Virus record (IMG/VR): IMGVR_UViG_3300044846_002555
Location: 32,001-96,000 of that record
DNA: 64,000 nucleotides
Reading direction: 5' to 3' (one strand)
Origin: a virus
Shown here piece by piece: positions 41,583-53,603 of the stretch. The notes below the pieces were generated by a model, which searched no databases, was not told the origin of the DNA, and saw nothing but the letters and a program-made list of their open reading frames with translations. The stretch's first letter is position 1; each line of letters opens with the position of its first letter. The position numbers and the translations under genes were made by a program.

Positions 41583-44500
41583 TGGCATTACAAAAATTTA
41601 CATGTCCTCCACAAGGTCCATCCGGTGCAAGTTCATTCTCTGATGATTTAGTTGGTTTCCAACTAGTTACGGGGGGTGGTTTGACACAGGGTAATTTTGA
41701 ATTTGCGACTTCTTTTAACGAAAAGACAAATAGAAAGTTTAACACAGGTACATTCTCCGACCCAATCAGTTTAGAAGGGTTAGGATTAGAGAGTACACTT
41801 CAGTCAAGAACTATATTTGAAAATAACTTTAAAGTTTATCCAAATTTTGATTTAAGTCAAATTACTAATTTTACTCAATACGGGTCTTTAGTGAAAAGAT
41901 TATCCACAGCAGTTGAAACAATCATCGCAAAATTCCCTGCGGCGCTTGAAGCAACCCTTATGGGTGAGAACTATATTAAAGGAGAAACGGCAACAAATAT
42001 AAGTTATAATGAGATTGACAATATTACTAGTTTTGATTTAGATGTCGCTCGTTTAAGGAATCCTTTTGCGATTGATTTTACTATTAACTCAACTAGAAAC
42101 CTTGAATTAAAAGAGATTCAGGTATCTTCGCTTAGAGATATGACGGTTCAATACGCTAATTATAGTTTATATTATAATGGTAATGGATATAATGTAACTG
42201 CGATTATTCCAACAACATCGATGACATCGGGGACTTTAAACATAAGTGTTAGTGGTCATCCATTTCCATTTCAAACAGTTACTTTTGATGATTTAGTTAT
42301 TAGACCAAATGATTATGAGGTTAATAGAATTTTCAATGAACATTTAGATGAGGTTGAAAATTTTCTTTTAAATAGAAATGTTACACCAAAATACACTGCG
42401 AGTTTTAATGTGCCAAGAGACGCTGAAGATGGAACATATTTTTCTTCACAGGAATTTATAACATTCCCATTAAATGGTTCTTGGAATTTAGATATTGTAA
42501 CAAATGCGTTCACCAATTATTTAGTTCAATTAAATGATATTGGTGTATCAATGGATGAGTATAAAACCAACATTGTTGCAAGATTTTTAACTACCGGTGC
42601 GTTCCAAGAGTTTGACACAATAGGTCAAAAAATGGAAAAGGTATTACAAATTTACGGTAGAAGTTTTGACGAAACAAATAAATTCATAAGTGCGTTAGCG
42701 TTTATGAACTCAGTTCATTATAACCCTGGTGATGATATCCCATCTCAGTTACTTAAAAACTTAGCGCAAACATTAGGTTGGCAAACAAATATGTCACCTG
42801 TATCTACAGATGATTTTTTAAGTTCAGTTTTTGGTCAAACAAATACTGATAGGTCTCAATATCCGGGTATTTCAGATGCTACAACACCTGATGAGTTAAA
42901 TTATCAATATTATAGAAACTTAATATTAAACTCGGCATATTTGTTTAAATCAAAAGGTACAAGAAAATCAATTGAAACGTTAATGGCTTTAATTGGTGCC
43001 CCTGACGCTTTAGTTGAATTTAACGAATACATTTATTTAGCTGACCAAAGAATTAATGTTAATCAATTCAACACACAGTTTGCTCAAATATCAGGTGGTA
43101 CGTATACTCAAGAACTACCAACACTTGAGGCGGGTAATACATATAGATTAAGAGATATTGAATATACTGGTTTTACAACAACCACAGTAATTAAAGATGT
43201 TAATATAACTAAAGACGAGTATCCAATGGATGATTTAGGATTTCCTAAAGCACCACCAAATACTGAGGATTTTTTCTTTGAAAAAGGTAGTGGTTGGTTT
43301 GAACAAACACCAAAACATAGAGCTCCTGAAGAAGTAAGTTTTACTAATAGTGTATTTACAGGTGCAAATCCTAATTATCAAACAGTTCTAACACCATATA
43401 GTTATGGTCAAGAATATTTTAATAGGTTTAGAGATTTTCCTTTTATGACTTTAGGGTATAATCTAACTCAAACTATTGATAATAATAAAAGTTGGGTTGA
43501 TACCGAAGTTGGACTACGTTCAAATTTAGAAGGTGGATACAACGCAAGATATTTTACAACAAACGATGCGTTAGTTCTTAATGCCAAAAATACCGATTTA
43601 TTTTTGAATCCGGCTCAAGGTCTTTCATATGATGTATGGACTATGTCAAGGGAATATAATTTCCCAATACCAAATGAAGGTTTAAATTATATTCAACCAA
43701 CATATTGTGACCCGAATCCGGTATCTAATTATCCAATGAGAGGTGGTGTGGATTGGACAGAAATAAATCCACAACCAAAACGTAAGACATTCTTTGAGTT
43801 TGCTCAAACATTTTGGAAAAACATGATTAATGTTAGAAATAGACAATTCTCAACTGACGGTAAAACAATGGGGTATCCAACCCTTCAGTCAATTTATTGG
43901 AAATATTTAGACGCTCAAAAATTAGCCGGAGTACCGGATGGTAGTTTCAACTATACTAATATGATTGAGTATGTAGATGGAATGGGTGATTATTGGGTGA
44001 GATTAGTTGAACAAATGGTTCCAGCAAGTACAATATGGAATACGGGTGTTAAATATGAAAACTCTATCTTTCATAGACAAAAATTTGTTTGGAGAAGACA
44101 AGAAGGTTGTCAATTAATACCAGTTCCTTGTAACCCATGTTCAATGGTTAGTAACCTTTACACTTATGACTGTGATGTTCAGTCAGTACAATGTTCTATC
44201 TATCCATGGCAAACTAATCCTCTATTGACAGAATTTAGTGCGGTGTTAGGATATCTGTTAACTAATTATTTGGAGCCACAAGGTTATGAGTTAGATGATT
44301 GTAAACTGAATACTTTAAAAAGTACTTGGTATGTGGTGTTAAGTTTAGATGATGTTGAAATAGTTCAAAATCAATTCTTTACAGGTACAGGATATACAAA
44401 CACTGATTTGAGTTCACCAACAACGGCTCAATGGAACACCGCATTAGAAACTGCATTAAATGGTTTAGATTTGTACGGTTATGAGTATATTTTAAATGAT

Positions 44501-44599
44501 ACTGACGTTATTGTTTATAACTCAATTTGTTCAGTAAATGATACGGGAATCAATTTTAAATTGAATGTTGGAATAAATTTTGAAATTTTATGTAATTAA
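41582..44599 (+). CDS. Baseplate wedge protein with a P2 gpI / T4 gp7-like core
   Basis: [11 protein letters not shown]....[30 protein letters not shown], the KGT signature of gpI/gp7-like proteins. Confidence 0.65.
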   Translation: MALQKFTCPPQGPSGASSFSDDLVGFQLVTGGGLTQGNFEFATSFNEKTNRKFNTGTFSDPISLEGLGLESTLQSRTIFENNFKVYPNFDLSQITNFTQYGSLVKRLSTAVETIIAKFPAALEATLMGENYIKGETATNISYNEIDNITSFDLDVARLRNPFAIDFTINSTRNLELKEIQVSSLRDMTVQYANYSLYYNGNGYNVTAIIPTTSMTSGTLNISVSGHPFPFQTVTFDDLVIRPNDYEVNRIFNEHLDEVENFLLNRNVTPKYTASFNVPRDAEDGTYFSSQEFITFPLNGSWNLDIVTNAFTNYLVQLNDIGVSMDEYKTNIVARFLTTGAFQEFDTIGQKMEKVLQIYGRSFDETNKFISALAFMNSVHYNPGDDIPSQLLKNLAQTLGWQTNMSPVSTDDFLSSVFGQTNTDRSQYPGISDATTPDELNYQYYRNLILNSAYLFKSKGTRKSIETLMALIGAPDALVEFNEYIYLADQRINVNQFNTQFAQISGGTYTQELPTLEAGNTYRLRDIEYTGFTTTTVIKDVNITKDEYPMDDLGFPKAPPNTEDFFFEKGSGWFEQTPKHRAPEEVSFTNSVFTGANPNYQTVLTPYSYGQEYFNRFRDFPFMTLGYNLTQTIDNNKSWVDTEVGLRSNLEGGYNARYFTTNDALVLNAKNTDLFLNPAQGLSYDVWTMSREYNFPIPNEGLNYIQPTYCDPNPVSNYPMRGGVDWTEINPQPKRKTFFEFAQTFWKNMINVRNRQFSTDGKTMGYPTLQSIYWKYLDAQKLAGVPDGSFNYTNMIEYVDGMGDYWVRLVEQMVPASTIWNTGVKYENSIFHRQKFVWRRQEGCQLIPVPCNPCSMVSNLYTYDCDVQSVQCSIYPWQTNPLLTEFSAVLGYLLTNYLEPQGYELDDCKLNTLKSTWYVVLSLDDVEIVQNQFFTGTGYTNTDLSSPTTAQWNTALETALNGLDLYGYEYILNDTDVIVYNSICSVNDTGINFKLNVGINFEILCN

Positions 44600-47500
44600 T
44601 GGCTTGTAGTTTATCATATGTATTAACGAGTTTATCGGGAGATTGTACTAATTCTAATTTAGGTGGGTTTAGTATTGATATAACAGGAACCGCACCGGAT
44701 TATAGTATTCAGTGGGTTAGTCCTGCGTTAGGGACTATTGTATTAGGTGCCGGTGTTACAGGTTATACCGCAACAACACTGTCGGCGGGAACATATTCAT
44801 TTAATATCCTTGATTCATGTTCACCTACTATGACTTCATTACCGGTTAATATTAATATTTCTAGTGGTACATGTGCAAGTATTGTTGGGATATCAAACAC
44901 GACGTGTAATAACAATAATGGGGTATTAACAGGGCAAACTTCTAATCTTTATGGTATAAGTACGTTTAGTTTATATAATACCTTAACAGGTTTTATTACT
45001 TCAGGGGTATCATTTACTAATAATTATATTTTTAATGATTTATCTCCGGGTATATACTACGTTAATGCTGACGATGGTGGTGGATGTAGTGGTCAGAGTG
45101 AAACAACTATTATTCAACCTTCGACAAATATTACGTGGGGATTTTATACTGTAATGGATTCCGGATGTGGTAATGTTGATTCGGGAAAAATATATGTAAC
45201 AGGTCTTACCGGTAATCCACCATTTACTTATTTATGGTCAAATGGTGAAACAACAGATTTTATTACGGGTTTAACTGCGGGTGTTTATTCCGTAGTGATA
45301 ACAGATAGTTTAGGATGTACACAATCACAAAGTGCGACTGTGACAGAAGTTGACCCATTAGGATTTGGTGAATTTAGTGTGATACCTCCAACATGTTTTA
45401 ATAGTGATGGTCAAGTAACTCTTGTAATTACGGGAGGTACTGGTCCATATTATTATTCAGCATCGACAGGGGTGGTAGCAGTTTCTTTTAGTTCGTCTCA
45501 AACATTTTATAATATTGGTGGTGGACCATTTGCTGTTGAAGTTACTGACGCGGCTTTATGTAAAATAACTCCAACAACAACAATTATACCTCCAAACGGG
45601 TTTAATATTGTAAGTATAACAACAACTAATTCAAATTGTGGTAATCGTGATGGTAAAATAAATATTGAGGTAAGTGGTGGTGCAGTTCCTTTTACTTATA
45701 CTTTAACAGATTCTTTAGGTAATAGTATTATTGACCCTACTAATTTTAGAAGTTGGGCTTTTCCTAATTTAGCGTCGGGGACTTATACTTTAACTATTTC
45801 AGATAATGGGGGTTGCACTTATGTTAGTTCACCTATTTCTATAAATAATGTTCCTTTATTTACGTTTACTGCAGATACTACCGGTACAACCTGTAATTTA
45901 AATAATGGTTATGTTGCCATTACAGTATCAGGTGGTACACCGCCTTACACATATACCGTTGGGGGTGAATTTTCTTATGAATCTATTCAAACACCATTAA
46001 GTGCTTATACTTTTAATAATTTATATTATGGAGATTATTCGTTAGAAATAACAGAATCAACTCCTGGTGTTATTTGTAAGCAAACAGGTAGTTTTGAAAT
46101 AGAAACATCAAATAATGTTGATTTTATGTTATCAGGTACTAACGCTAACAATGGTAATGATGGAACAGTTTCTGCATATATTACAAATGGAATACCACCA
46201 TTCACATTATTATGGAGTAATAACGTAAATGGTCAAACAGGGTATTATTTAAGTAATTTAAGTGCCGGAACATACAGTTTACAAGTAACCGATAGTGAAG
46301 GATGTGTTAAAAATAGAGAGGTAACTATAGACGGATTTGATTCAATATCGTCGTTTCAAACGTTTAATATTTGTGATAGTGAATTTGAAAACATTGGTGA
46401 GTTAGTTAAAAAAGGACCTAAACAAATGTTGAATGAAGGGTATTATGATTTAACATCCGGATACACAAATTGTATACTTAATCAAGCGGTATTCAATATT
46501 GTCGCAACAATTGGAGTTATTACTAATATTTCACAATTTTATGTCAGTACCGCATTAAATGATTTCCCAACAGATAATGAATATTTTGACGCTTTAGTTG
46601 CGTTACTAAAAACTTTTGACCAAGTTGCTCAAGTTAATATTGACCCATTAAATAATGGGATTCAAGTGATTGCAAAATGTGAAGAACAATATTTGGTAGC
46701 AACTGATGTAACTGTTGATATGTTTATTGAATATAATATTTCTTGTCAATATTGTAGTTTACCACCAACATTAACTCCAACGTCAACACCAACACAGACA
46801 CCAACACCTACTAACACACCAACACCTGGTCAATCGCCAAGTCCAACACCTACTCAAACAATGACACCAACGCCTACTCAAACAATAACCCCAACAATGA
46901 CTAAAACTCCAACACCTACACCAACATTAACACCTACACCAACATCTAGTTCGGCTCAATTATGGTATTTATATTCGTCTTGTTTATTAGTGGATGGAGA
47001 GTCACAAGTTATCTTACAACCAATATTAGTATTACCGACATTAACTATTGGTGACGTGTTTGTTTTCAATGTACCGGATAGTAAACCTGAATGTTGGTCA
47101 TTAATTAATACTTATAATGGTTTACCATCATCAATTCCGTTTGGTGCTTTAGTATTTAATACTAATTATTTCACATCAGTATCTAACACTATTTACCCAT
47201 TTAATGAAGGTAGAGAATGTGATGAATGTCAAGAAGGTATAAATAATATTGAACCAATAACTAATAATTTTTTAGTTACAGTATATAAATCTAATTGTAA
47301 CATAACAAATATTTCACCACCATTTTACTTTTCTAATGATTCTACATTCCCAATTGATATTAGTAGTCCATTTGTTGGTGTACATTCAGGTTTTAATGGT
47401 GATTTATCCATAACCGTTGTTAGTACATTAAATCAAAGTCAATGTGTTTCCTTGATTGTAGATGGTGTAACTTATTTATCACCACAAACAATAACATTTA

Positions 47501-47601
47501 ACTATCTTGAACCTCAAACTCAAGTTGTTGAGTTTTTAAATGTAAATATATCTGAGAATTCTACATTTGAAATTAATCTGACCGGAGGGTCTTGTTTATA
47601 A
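44599..47601 (+). CDS. SprB-repeat, Cys-rich putative virion adhesin with a PT-repeat linker
   Basis: Repeated G-x-I-x-V-x-x-GG-x-x-P-Y/F-x-Y..L-x-x-G-x-Y-x-x-x-V-x-D-x-x-GC units. PT tract at about 46762-46950. Confidence 0.7.
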   Translation: MACSLSYVLTSLSGDCTNSNLGGFSIDITGTAPDYSIQWVSPALGTIVLGAGVTGYTATTLSAGTYSFNILDSCSPTMTSLPVNINISSGTCASIVGISNTTCNNNNGVLTGQTSNLYGISTFSLYNTLTGFITSGVSFTNNYIFNDLSPGIYYVNADDGGGCSGQSETTIIQPSTNITWGFYTVMDSGCGNVDSGKIYVTGLTGNPPFTYLWSNGETTDFITGLTAGVYSVVITDSLGCTQSQSATVTEVDPLGFGEFSVIPPTCFNSDGQVTLVITGGTGPYYYSASTGVVAVSFSSSQTFYNIGGGPFAVEVTDAALCKITPTTTIIPPNGFNIVSITTTNSNCGNRDGKINIEVSGGAVPFTYTLTDSLGNSIIDPTNFRSWAFPNLASGTYTLTISDNGGCTYVSSPISINNVPLFTFTADTTGTTCNLNNGYVAITVSGGTPPYTYTVGGEFSYESIQTPLSAYTFNNLYYGDYSLEITESTPGVICKQTGSFEIETSNNVDFMLSGTNANNGNDGTVSAYITNGIPPFTLLWSNNVNGQTGYYLSNLSAGTYSLQVTDSEGCVKNREVTIDGFDSISSFQTFNICDSEFENIGELVKKGPKQMLNEGYYDLTSGYTNCILNQAVFNIVATIGVITNISQFYVSTALNDFPTDNEYFDALVALLKTFDQVAQVNIDPLNNGIQVIAKCEEQYLVATDVTVDMFIEYNISCQYCSLPPTLTPTSTPTQTPTPTNTPTPGQSPSPTPTQTMTPTPTQTITPTMTKTPTPTPTLTPTPTSSSAQLWYLYSSCLLVDGESQVILQPILVLPTLTIGDVFVFNVPDSKPECWSLINTYNGLPSSIPFGALVFNTNYFTSVSNTIYPFNEGRECDECQEGINNIEPITNNFLVTVYKSNCNITNISPPFYFSNDSTFPIDISSPFVGVHSGFNGDLSITVVSTLNQSQCVSLIVDGVTYLSPQTITFNYLEPQTQVVEFLNVNISENSTFEINLTGGSCL
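46762..46950 (+). repeat. Pro-Thr mucin-like repeat
   Basis: [63 protein letters not shown]. Confidence 0.9.
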
Positions 47602-47602
47602 T

Positions 47603-47638
47603 AAAAAACCCCCTCGTTAAAAGGGGGTTATTTTTTTT
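47603..47638. terminator. Bidirectional terminator between convergent gene blocks
   Basis: A run, AACCCCCT-cgttaaa-AGGGGGTT, T run, at the +/- strand junction. Confidence 0.8.
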
Positions 47639-48236
47639 ACCATATTTTTTCTTGTTTCATATGACCTATAACACAACAGTAAGCATCTGTTTGGTCAAAA
47701 TTTTCTTTTTTCAGGGTATTGTTTCTTGTATATAACCAAGTGATTTGAGGTTCTTTTTTGGCTATTAAATCCCATATAATCATTTTCTTGTCAATGTCTT
47801 TAGGAAGTCCTCCGAATAGTACGTATTTACCTTTATCATTTAATTGAGTTAACTCCGGAAAGGCGAATTTACGAGAATTGTATGTTGATATAAAATCAGG
47901 TACGACACCTAATACATCATATATCTCTTTAGTAACTAAAGTATTGAACCTTAATAAAGTTTGAACTGTGTAAACATTGTTTGAGTTCAATAAAGGTTCT
48001 TCAATAATAACTTTAGTAATACCCATGTCTTTATATTCTAAAAGTTTAGTTCTAAAGATTTGACCTTTTAGAAGTAATTCTTTTATTTTATTTTCTTCTT
48101 TTGGTTTTGGAACGGGTGATATATGAGTTAATTCAAGTAGTTGTTGACTTTGTATATCAAATAACGCCCAACCAATTGTTTTTGTACTCACATCTAATCC
48201 TAAAACTTTAGGACTTTCTTTAAGTGTTTTTTTCAT
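47637..48236 (-). CDS. ruvC: RuvC-like Holliday junction resolvase
   Basis: VLGLDVSTKTIGW, VIIEEP and DQTDAY supply the D/E/D-x-x-D catalytic set. Confidence 0.8.
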   Translation of the reverse strand: MKKTLKESPKVLGLDVSTKTIGWALFDIQSQQLLELTHISPVPKPKEENKIKELLLKGQIFRTKLLEYKDMGITKVIIEEPLLNSNNVYTVQTLLRFNTLVTKEIYDVLGVVPDFISTYNSRKFAFPELTQLNDKGKYVLFGGLPKDIDKKMIIWDLIAKKEPQITWLYTRNNTLKKENFDQTDAYCCVIGHMKQEKIW

Positions 48237-48242
48237 AATTTA

Positions 48243-50732
48243 TTAGAAATCAAATTTAACCAAAAACTGTTGAATCCCTTGTCTTAACACAGGAGATTGT
48301 AGCTTTGATACAATCATAAGATTCATATCAGAATCGTAAAGCCCAATTTCAGTAATATATGAACTTGTTCCTTTAGTCCATGTAGGGTTTGATGTTGATT
48401 GAAACTCTGCTTGACCAAGATTAATCTTATATTTCATTTCATAAATGGTTGCTTCAATATCCGTTTCTAATGAACCGTAGAAATAATATTCATCACCAAA
48501 ATTTAATGAAGGTGAAGTTGTATTATTATCTACTAATGGAATGAATAGATTTAAGTTATAATCATCAGCCGCTGCATAGTTTTCTTCAGTGATTGTAAAT
48601 GTTGTTCCTGTTAAACTATCTACGGTTAAATAACCATTGATTGTGGTTGCACTTATTTGAGGTGTAAAATCAATTATTTTCCAATCATTCGGGTCAGGTC
48701 TACCTGTACCAATTACTTTTTGACAAATAACTTGGAATGTGTCAGCGTAAAACCCTGTTATTAAGTCACAGGAAGGACACAGAGTCGTTGTTGTTGTCGT
48801 TGTGGTAGTTGTGGTTGGAATTAACGTTGGTTGGTTTAAACAAGGGAATTCAGCTCCAAATCTAATTGAAACGTTTTGTTCAGTTAAACCTCCACAAGAA
48901 ATGTTTGGTCCTTGAATTTTGGTGTAGTAATTACAATGTAATGAATTCGTAAAAATATCGGTATTACTAAATCTATAAGTTACGTACATATATTCAGTGT
49001 CCGCTGTTAATATACCGTTAACTGTTGGTTGATTATTCTCAACCACACAAGTGTTAGGTGTTGTTAGACCAACTTTAGGTGCGGGTAATGTCCAGTTACG
49101 ATTTGACTTGTAAGACATTGCTGCGATAATCTCCTCATCATCAATTATAATAATTTGTGAATCAGGGAACACTTTACCAACTCTACTTGGTAACCCGTTA
49201 CTATTTGGATGGGTGTCCCAAAGTTGATAATATCTAATACCCGGCATATTCATATCCGTATTTTTAGTAGAATATAAATACTCAACTTCAAATAATGGAC
49301 TTCCTTCATCAGTTAAGTCATCAAAACCCGGTGGGTCAACCCAAAAAGTTTCACCTTTACAACATTCAGGATTTTTATGCCACATTAACCAAGGTAAATG
49401 TAATCTAAAGTTACGAGCTTCACCCGTTGTATCTGTAGGATTATTAGGGTCGTAAGGTTCAAAGGCAAATTTCTCACCATAGAAGAAATCAATTGATTGA
49501 TTAGTATAGTGAATAATAGCAATAGCTTTTTGCTCACTTGGTTGAACAACAACTTGTTCATCAAATGAATTATAATAATAAACAACACTTGTATCGGTTT
49601 GTCCACTATCTGACATATATCCAAAATATTCTTTACTACCTAAATAAGACGCTGAACCAAAATATTGATAACCTTTATAAAATGAATCATACAACCCAGC
49701 AGGATTTTCCGACCAAGGAATATTCATATTCCAAATTTTAACATCGGACTCGTCTGTACTACATAAAGATTCAAAATTAATAACATTTTGATTCCAATGA
49801 GAACTTGGTGTAACACTATCGTATATTGTAGTCATATTTGGTGGGTATACTAATACTCTAGCAAAACATCCACTTGAAAAGTTTGAAAAATCAGGTGTTG
49901 GTCTGTCTAATGTATAATGACCTAAACAAATATCCACAATTTTATAAGTTAATATCGGATAACAACTACTCATTGACATCTCACAGTTAGGTGGAGTCGG
50001 AGTCGGAGGTAATGGTGTTGTACAACAAGTTGAGGAAGGTGTTGGTGTAGGTGTAGGTGACTCACATAAATAAGTTGTTTGAGTTGGTGTTGGTGTAGGG
50101 GTTGGTGAAGAATCTATTGATGGTGTTACTGTTGGAGTTGGGGTTGATGTTGGTGTTACACCTGGTTCACAATAACAATTATATTCTCCTTGACCATCAT
50201 AATATATTGTAACAAAATCACCAATCATTGGTAATCTTACAATATTTGAATTACACCCTGAATATACTAATTGAATAACACTACCACCTGTTAATGTAGA
50301 CATATCTACAAGATAGTTAGAGTTAATTGTATATTGGCTATTTGTTAACGCACTCCAATTAATTGTAGTTGCGGTTGTATTACCTGTAAAAAATCCTCTC
50401 ATAGCCGCTCTATTATATACAGTTTGAGGAACTGACGCCATATAAGGGATTCCATATGTATTACCGGTTATTCCGTCAACATAATATGGATATTTAACAT
50501 TTTGTTTGTTAGATTCAGGTTTACCTGTTGAATTTTGAGCATTAAACGCTGGCTCAAGAATTTTTGTTGAGGTTTGATTATAAGGTGTTCCGGTTAATGT
50601 ATTATAAGACACTTCACTATCACCTACTTGAAAATAAGATATGTTAAAACTACCTTCTGATAGTTTTTGTCTTGCAGTATCGGTTAGTCTTGTACTAAGT
50701 AAACCTTGTGTATTTTTTAATATGTATCCCAT
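48243..50732 (-). CDS. Tail-collar/fibre-attachment-like structural protein with PT and Thr tracts
   Basis: N-terminal LTDTARQKLSEG.FNISYFQVGDSE and C-terminal ITEIGLYD....MIVSKL resemble phage tail-collar fibre domains. It contains TPTPTP tracts. Confidence 0.6.
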   Translation of the reverse strand: MGYILKNTQGLLSTRLTDTARQKLSEGSFNISYFQVGDSEVSYNTLTGTPYNQTSTKILEPAFNAQNSTGKPESNKQNVKYPYYVDGITGNTYGIPYMASVPQTVYNRAAMRGFFTGNTTATTINWSALTNSQYTINSNYLVDMSTLTGGSVIQLVYSGCNSNIVRLPMIGDFVTIYYDGQGEYNCYCEPGVTPTSTPTPTVTPSIDSSPTPTPTPTQTTYLCESPTPTPTPSSTCCTTPLPPTPTPPNCEMSMSSCYPILTYKIVDICLGHYTLDRPTPDFSNFSSGCFARVLVYPPNMTTIYDSVTPSSHWNQNVINFESLCSTDESDVKIWNMNIPWSENPAGLYDSFYKGYQYFGSASYLGSKEYFGYMSDSGQTDTSVVYYYNSFDEQVVVQPSEQKAIAIIHYTNQSIDFFYGEKFAFEPYDPNNPTDTTGEARNFRLHLPWLMWHKNPECCKGETFWVDPPGFDDLTDEGSPLFEVEYLYSTKNTDMNMPGIRYYQLWDTHPNSNGLPSRVGKVFPDSQIIIIDDEEIIAAMSYKSNRNWTLPAPKVGLTTPNTCVVENNQPTVNGILTADTEYMYVTYRFSNTDIFTNSLHCNYYTKIQGPNISCGGLTEQNVSIRFGAEFPCLNQPTLIPTTTTTTTTTTTLCPSCDLITGFYADTFQVICQKVIGTGRPDPNDWKIIDFTPQISATTINGYLTVDSLTGTTFTITEENYAAADDYNLNLFIPLVDNNTTSPSLNFGDEYYFYGSLETDIEATIYEMKYKINLGQAEFQSTSNPTWTKGTSSYITEIGLYDSDMNLMIVSKLQSPVLRQGIQQFLVKFDF

Positions 50733-50762
50733 GTGATATAAATATTCTTATTTTTTTTATTT

Positions 50763-51788
50763 TTAATTGACACTTATTATTTCTACTCTACAACATCCAC
50801 AACCACTAATACTAGCGTTACCAATTGAGAATAAATCCTGACTTGATGTGTAAGTACAAGGTGTTAATGGGTCGTTTTGTGTTATTGTCGTTGTTGTGTT
50901 TAATATAATATTGTCTGAAGACGTAAAATTTAACGAATTCCAACTTTCGGTATAATAATCTAAATAATTAACTAAATTTTGGCAACCTTGTATTGGATTA
51001 TAATCAGTGTTAGTTGTTGTTAAACCACTTGTTGTTAGTGGAATAGAAACATTATTTTTAGATAATATAGTATTAGTCGTTAAAGTTGCTGTGGTAGCGC
51101 TTGGTGAATAATAAAAAGTGTTATAATGTAATATGTTAAAATTAACCGTAATACCACTTGGTAATGCCGGAATTACACTAAAAGTTGTTGTGTATTGTTT
51201 AGTTAATGTTGTATTTGTGTTAACTGGATTTGTTATTGTTGTATTTAATTTTAATTGATATAATGTCGGAGGTGCCGGCGCATTCAATGTCACGTTATTA
51301 CTATTAGTATTACCACTCGAATCAATAACCTTAACACTATATATTCCTGAACACAAATTAGTAAATGTTGGGGAATTAAAATATGTAATACCATTATCAA
51401 TTGAGTATTGATAAGGTGGATAACCTCCCGACGCGGATACCATTAAATTACCATCACACGTACAAATTGGTTGATTAACACTAAAAGTCAATGAGTTAAC
51501 TCCTAATGGGTTACAAACCCCTTCATTTACTACCACAGTCCCGTTGGCTCCTAATATATACCAAGAGTTAAGCGGGGGTACTGATGATGGTAATGAAGAA
51601 AACATCAAATAAGATAAATTACCACCTGTTAGTTTCCATTTATTAATAGAAGTGTCCCAAGTGATTAAATAAGTATAATCGTCTGACACCCATTGATTGT
51701 AATCATTAGAATCAACACCATAAGGGTTAAAATGTATTTGTAAATTATCTATACTTGAATTTAAACAAAAATTATATTCTATTTCCAT
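50763..51788 (-). CDS. SprB-repeat-containing Thr/Asn-rich putative virion protein
   Basis: DGNLMVSASGGYPPYQYSIDNG..FTNLCSGIYSVKVIDS. The likelier start is ATG 51788, 2 nt after the upstream stop; the track uses 51815. Confidence 0.6.
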   Translation of the reverse strand: MEIEYNFCLNSSIDNLQIHFNPYGVDSNDYNQWVSDDYTYLITWDTSINKWKLTGGNLSYLMFSSLPSSVPPLNSWYILGANGTVVVNEGVCNPLGVNSLTFSVNQPICTCDGNLMVSASGGYPPYQYSIDNGITYFNSPTFTNLCSGIYSVKVIDSSGNTNSNNVTLNAPAPPTLYQLKLNTTITNPVNTNTTLTKQYTTTFSVIPALPSGITVNFNILHYNTFYYSPSATTATLTTNTILSKNNVSIPLTTSGLTTTNTDYNPIQGCQNLVNYLDYYTESWNSLNFTSSDNIILNTTTTITQNDPLTPCTYTSSQDLFSIGNASISGCGCCRVEIISVN

Positions 51789-51790
51789 AA

Positions 51791-52351
51791 TTAAGTTGTT
51801 GAAGTTAATTGACATATAGTACTTGCTGTAAAATCACCCCAATAATCAACAACAGTCACAGGATAAGAACCAACAGGTAAATTCATAACCGCGGGGCTAA
51901 TATTCCCTAATACAGGACCACCCCAAATATATTTATAAGGTGGTGTACCACCGGTTATTGAGACAGATACTCTACCATCATTTGATGTTGGGGTTGTTGG
52001 GTTAATCGAATCACACTCAATTGTCATTGGGAATACCGTTATTACATCACATTCATTAGATTGAATAAAAGTAATTGCTGGTTGTGGTGGAGGTGGGGGA
52101 AAACAACTATAAGCATTTTCAATACAATCAGAGCAATCGGGATATAATACGACACTTCCATTTCCCGCATCATATATTAATGACCCGGAAAGTATTGGTC
52201 CTTGTATTAGAGTTGCACATCCACTGAATGAAGGTATTGTTATTGAATAAACACTACCTAAAATCGGGAAAGGTAAAGTAAGGTCATTTACTCCGAAAAA
52301 ATTATCGGATTCATCAAATTTTTCGCAACATTTTTTAAAATAATATATCAT
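51791..52351 (-). CDS. SprB-repeat-containing protein (186 aa)
   Basis: DGRVSVSITGGTPPYKYIW...LPVGSYPVTVVD. TATTTATA lies upstream at 52373-52380. Confidence 0.65.
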   Translation of the reverse strand: MIYYFKKCCEKFDESDNFFGVNDLTLPFPILGSVYSITIPSFSGCATLIQGPILSGSLIYDAGNGSVVLYPDCSDCIENAYSCFPPPPPQPAITFIQSNECDVITVFPMTIECDSINPTTPTSNDGRVSVSITGGTPPYKYIWGGPVLGNISPAVMNLPVGSYPVTVVDYWGDFTASTICQLTSTT

Positions 52352-52371
52352 TATAATTTGTTTCAGTTATA

Positions 52372-53352
52372 CTATAAATAATCCTTTATTTGTTTTTTCA
52401 CCAAAGATTTCATAACTTCCACATATTTTTTTGTTGAACTTTGAGAACTTACATAATCAAAAAAGTTAATATCCTCTTTTAATTTATCTAATGGGTTAAT
52501 ATTAATAAAATCTCCTTTATAAAATTTATCTTGTTTTTGGTTACCGGTTACTCCTGCCATATGAAGAATTGGTTTATCTTCATATATTTTTATTGAGTCA
52601 GTTGCCCATGAAAATTCAAACTCGGGTGTAATTCTTGTCTCAATTCCGTGTAACCATAAGTTCCATAATAATGACCACATTTCTGCGGTCCAAAATTGAA
52701 TTTCACCGGGACTTATTGGGAATCTTCTTTGATAATCTAACATTTGGTCATATAGTGGAACACAATCTGCATAAATTTTTTCCCATAATAACCAATCGGT
52801 GTTTTTAATTAGGTATTGACCACCACCTGAATTTTCTTGATTACATTCGATACATTCGACTGAAACACCAATAACATCAGCCATTTCGTTAAGTAATTGA
52901 CCTTTACCGGATGTAGGGTGAGCACTTTCATAACGATTACAACAATCCATAATATAATTATATCCGATATAACCTATGGTATCGGATAAGTAAGTAATAT
53001 CGTCATTAATTAAACTATCAAAATTTGGTAATTTTCTAAATATAATATCAGAGTCGTGTAAGAAAAAACATTTACCATATTCAGGAAAATCTTTTAACCA
53101 TTTTGAAATTAAAAAAGGTTTAACTGTTGGTATATAATGTTTTTGAGGTCTATCGTCAATATAATGATGTACGTTAACACCCGTATCTTTTAATTTTAAA
53201 GATTCTTCAGTTGGTTTACCATCTTCACTTATTATTCCAAGTAATACGTGTATTTGATTTGGGGGGACACCATGTTCAATAAAGTTATGTATATATACCA
53301 TTATTTGCCAATGGAAATATGGTACATCAGGTTGAGCTGTAACAAAAATCAT
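52372..53352 (-). CDS. GT-A glycosyltransferase resembling peptidyl O-glycosyltransferases (GT96 SGT1 / GT95 HPAT-like)
   Basis: Motifs PYFHWQ, YIPTVKP....KWL, FFLHDSDIIF (DxD), WTAEMW and ILH occur in the same order as YFDWQ, YPAINKP..HWL, LDADM, WISEMY and H of the plant enzymes, as recalled from memory. Confidence 0.7.
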   Translation of the reverse strand: MIFVTAQPDVPYFHWQIMVYIHNFIEHGVPPNQIHVLLGIISEDGKPTEESLKLKDTGVNVHHYIDDRPQKHYIPTVKPFLISKWLKDFPEYGKCFFLHDSDIIFRKLPNFDSLINDDITYLSDTIGYIGYNYIMDCCNRYESAHPTSGKGQLLNEMADVIGVSVECIECNQENSGGGQYLIKNTDWLLWEKIYADCVPLYDQMLDYQRRFPISPGEIQFWTAEMWSLLWNLWLHGIETRITPEFEFSWATDSIKIYEDKPILHMAGVTGNQKQDKFYKGDFININPLDKLKEDINFFDYVSSQSSTKKYVEVMKSLVKKQIKDYL

Positions 53353-53430
53353 AATAATTAAAACGTTTTTAATTAAATATAAATGACAATCAAATGTAAT
53401 AAATGGTAAAGATGATGATATTTATATAAT

Positions 53431-53601
53431 ATGAAACTGATTAGAACAATATCAAATTTGGTTACAGAATCTAAAAGAATTTACGAAGAGGCCTGTGAAA
53501 AAGGTGTCAACGAAAAAGAATTAGATAGATTAGAAAAAAACTACAATGAATCTTTAAAACTTTTAAAGTTGTACGAAGGTTTAGGTAAAAAAACGGAATA
53601 A
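53431..53601 (+). CDS. Small hypothetical protein (56 aa, below the ORF track cutoff)
   Basis: MKLIRTISNLVTESKRIYEEACEKGVNEKELDRLEKNYNESLKLLKLYEGLGKKTE. TATTTATA sits at 53421-53428, and the ORF fills the gap to the converging gene. Confidence 0.7.
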   Translation: MKLIRTISNLVTESKRIYEEACEKGVNEKELDRLEKNYNESLKLLKLYEGLGKKTE

Positions 53602-53603
53602 TA

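Noticed and set aside
1-47601. Bacterial extracellular contractile injection system or tailocin
   Set aside because: Phage-type SSB, UvsX/RecA, helicase, primase, RNR and resolvase are interleaved with the tail genes, which fits a large phage genome.
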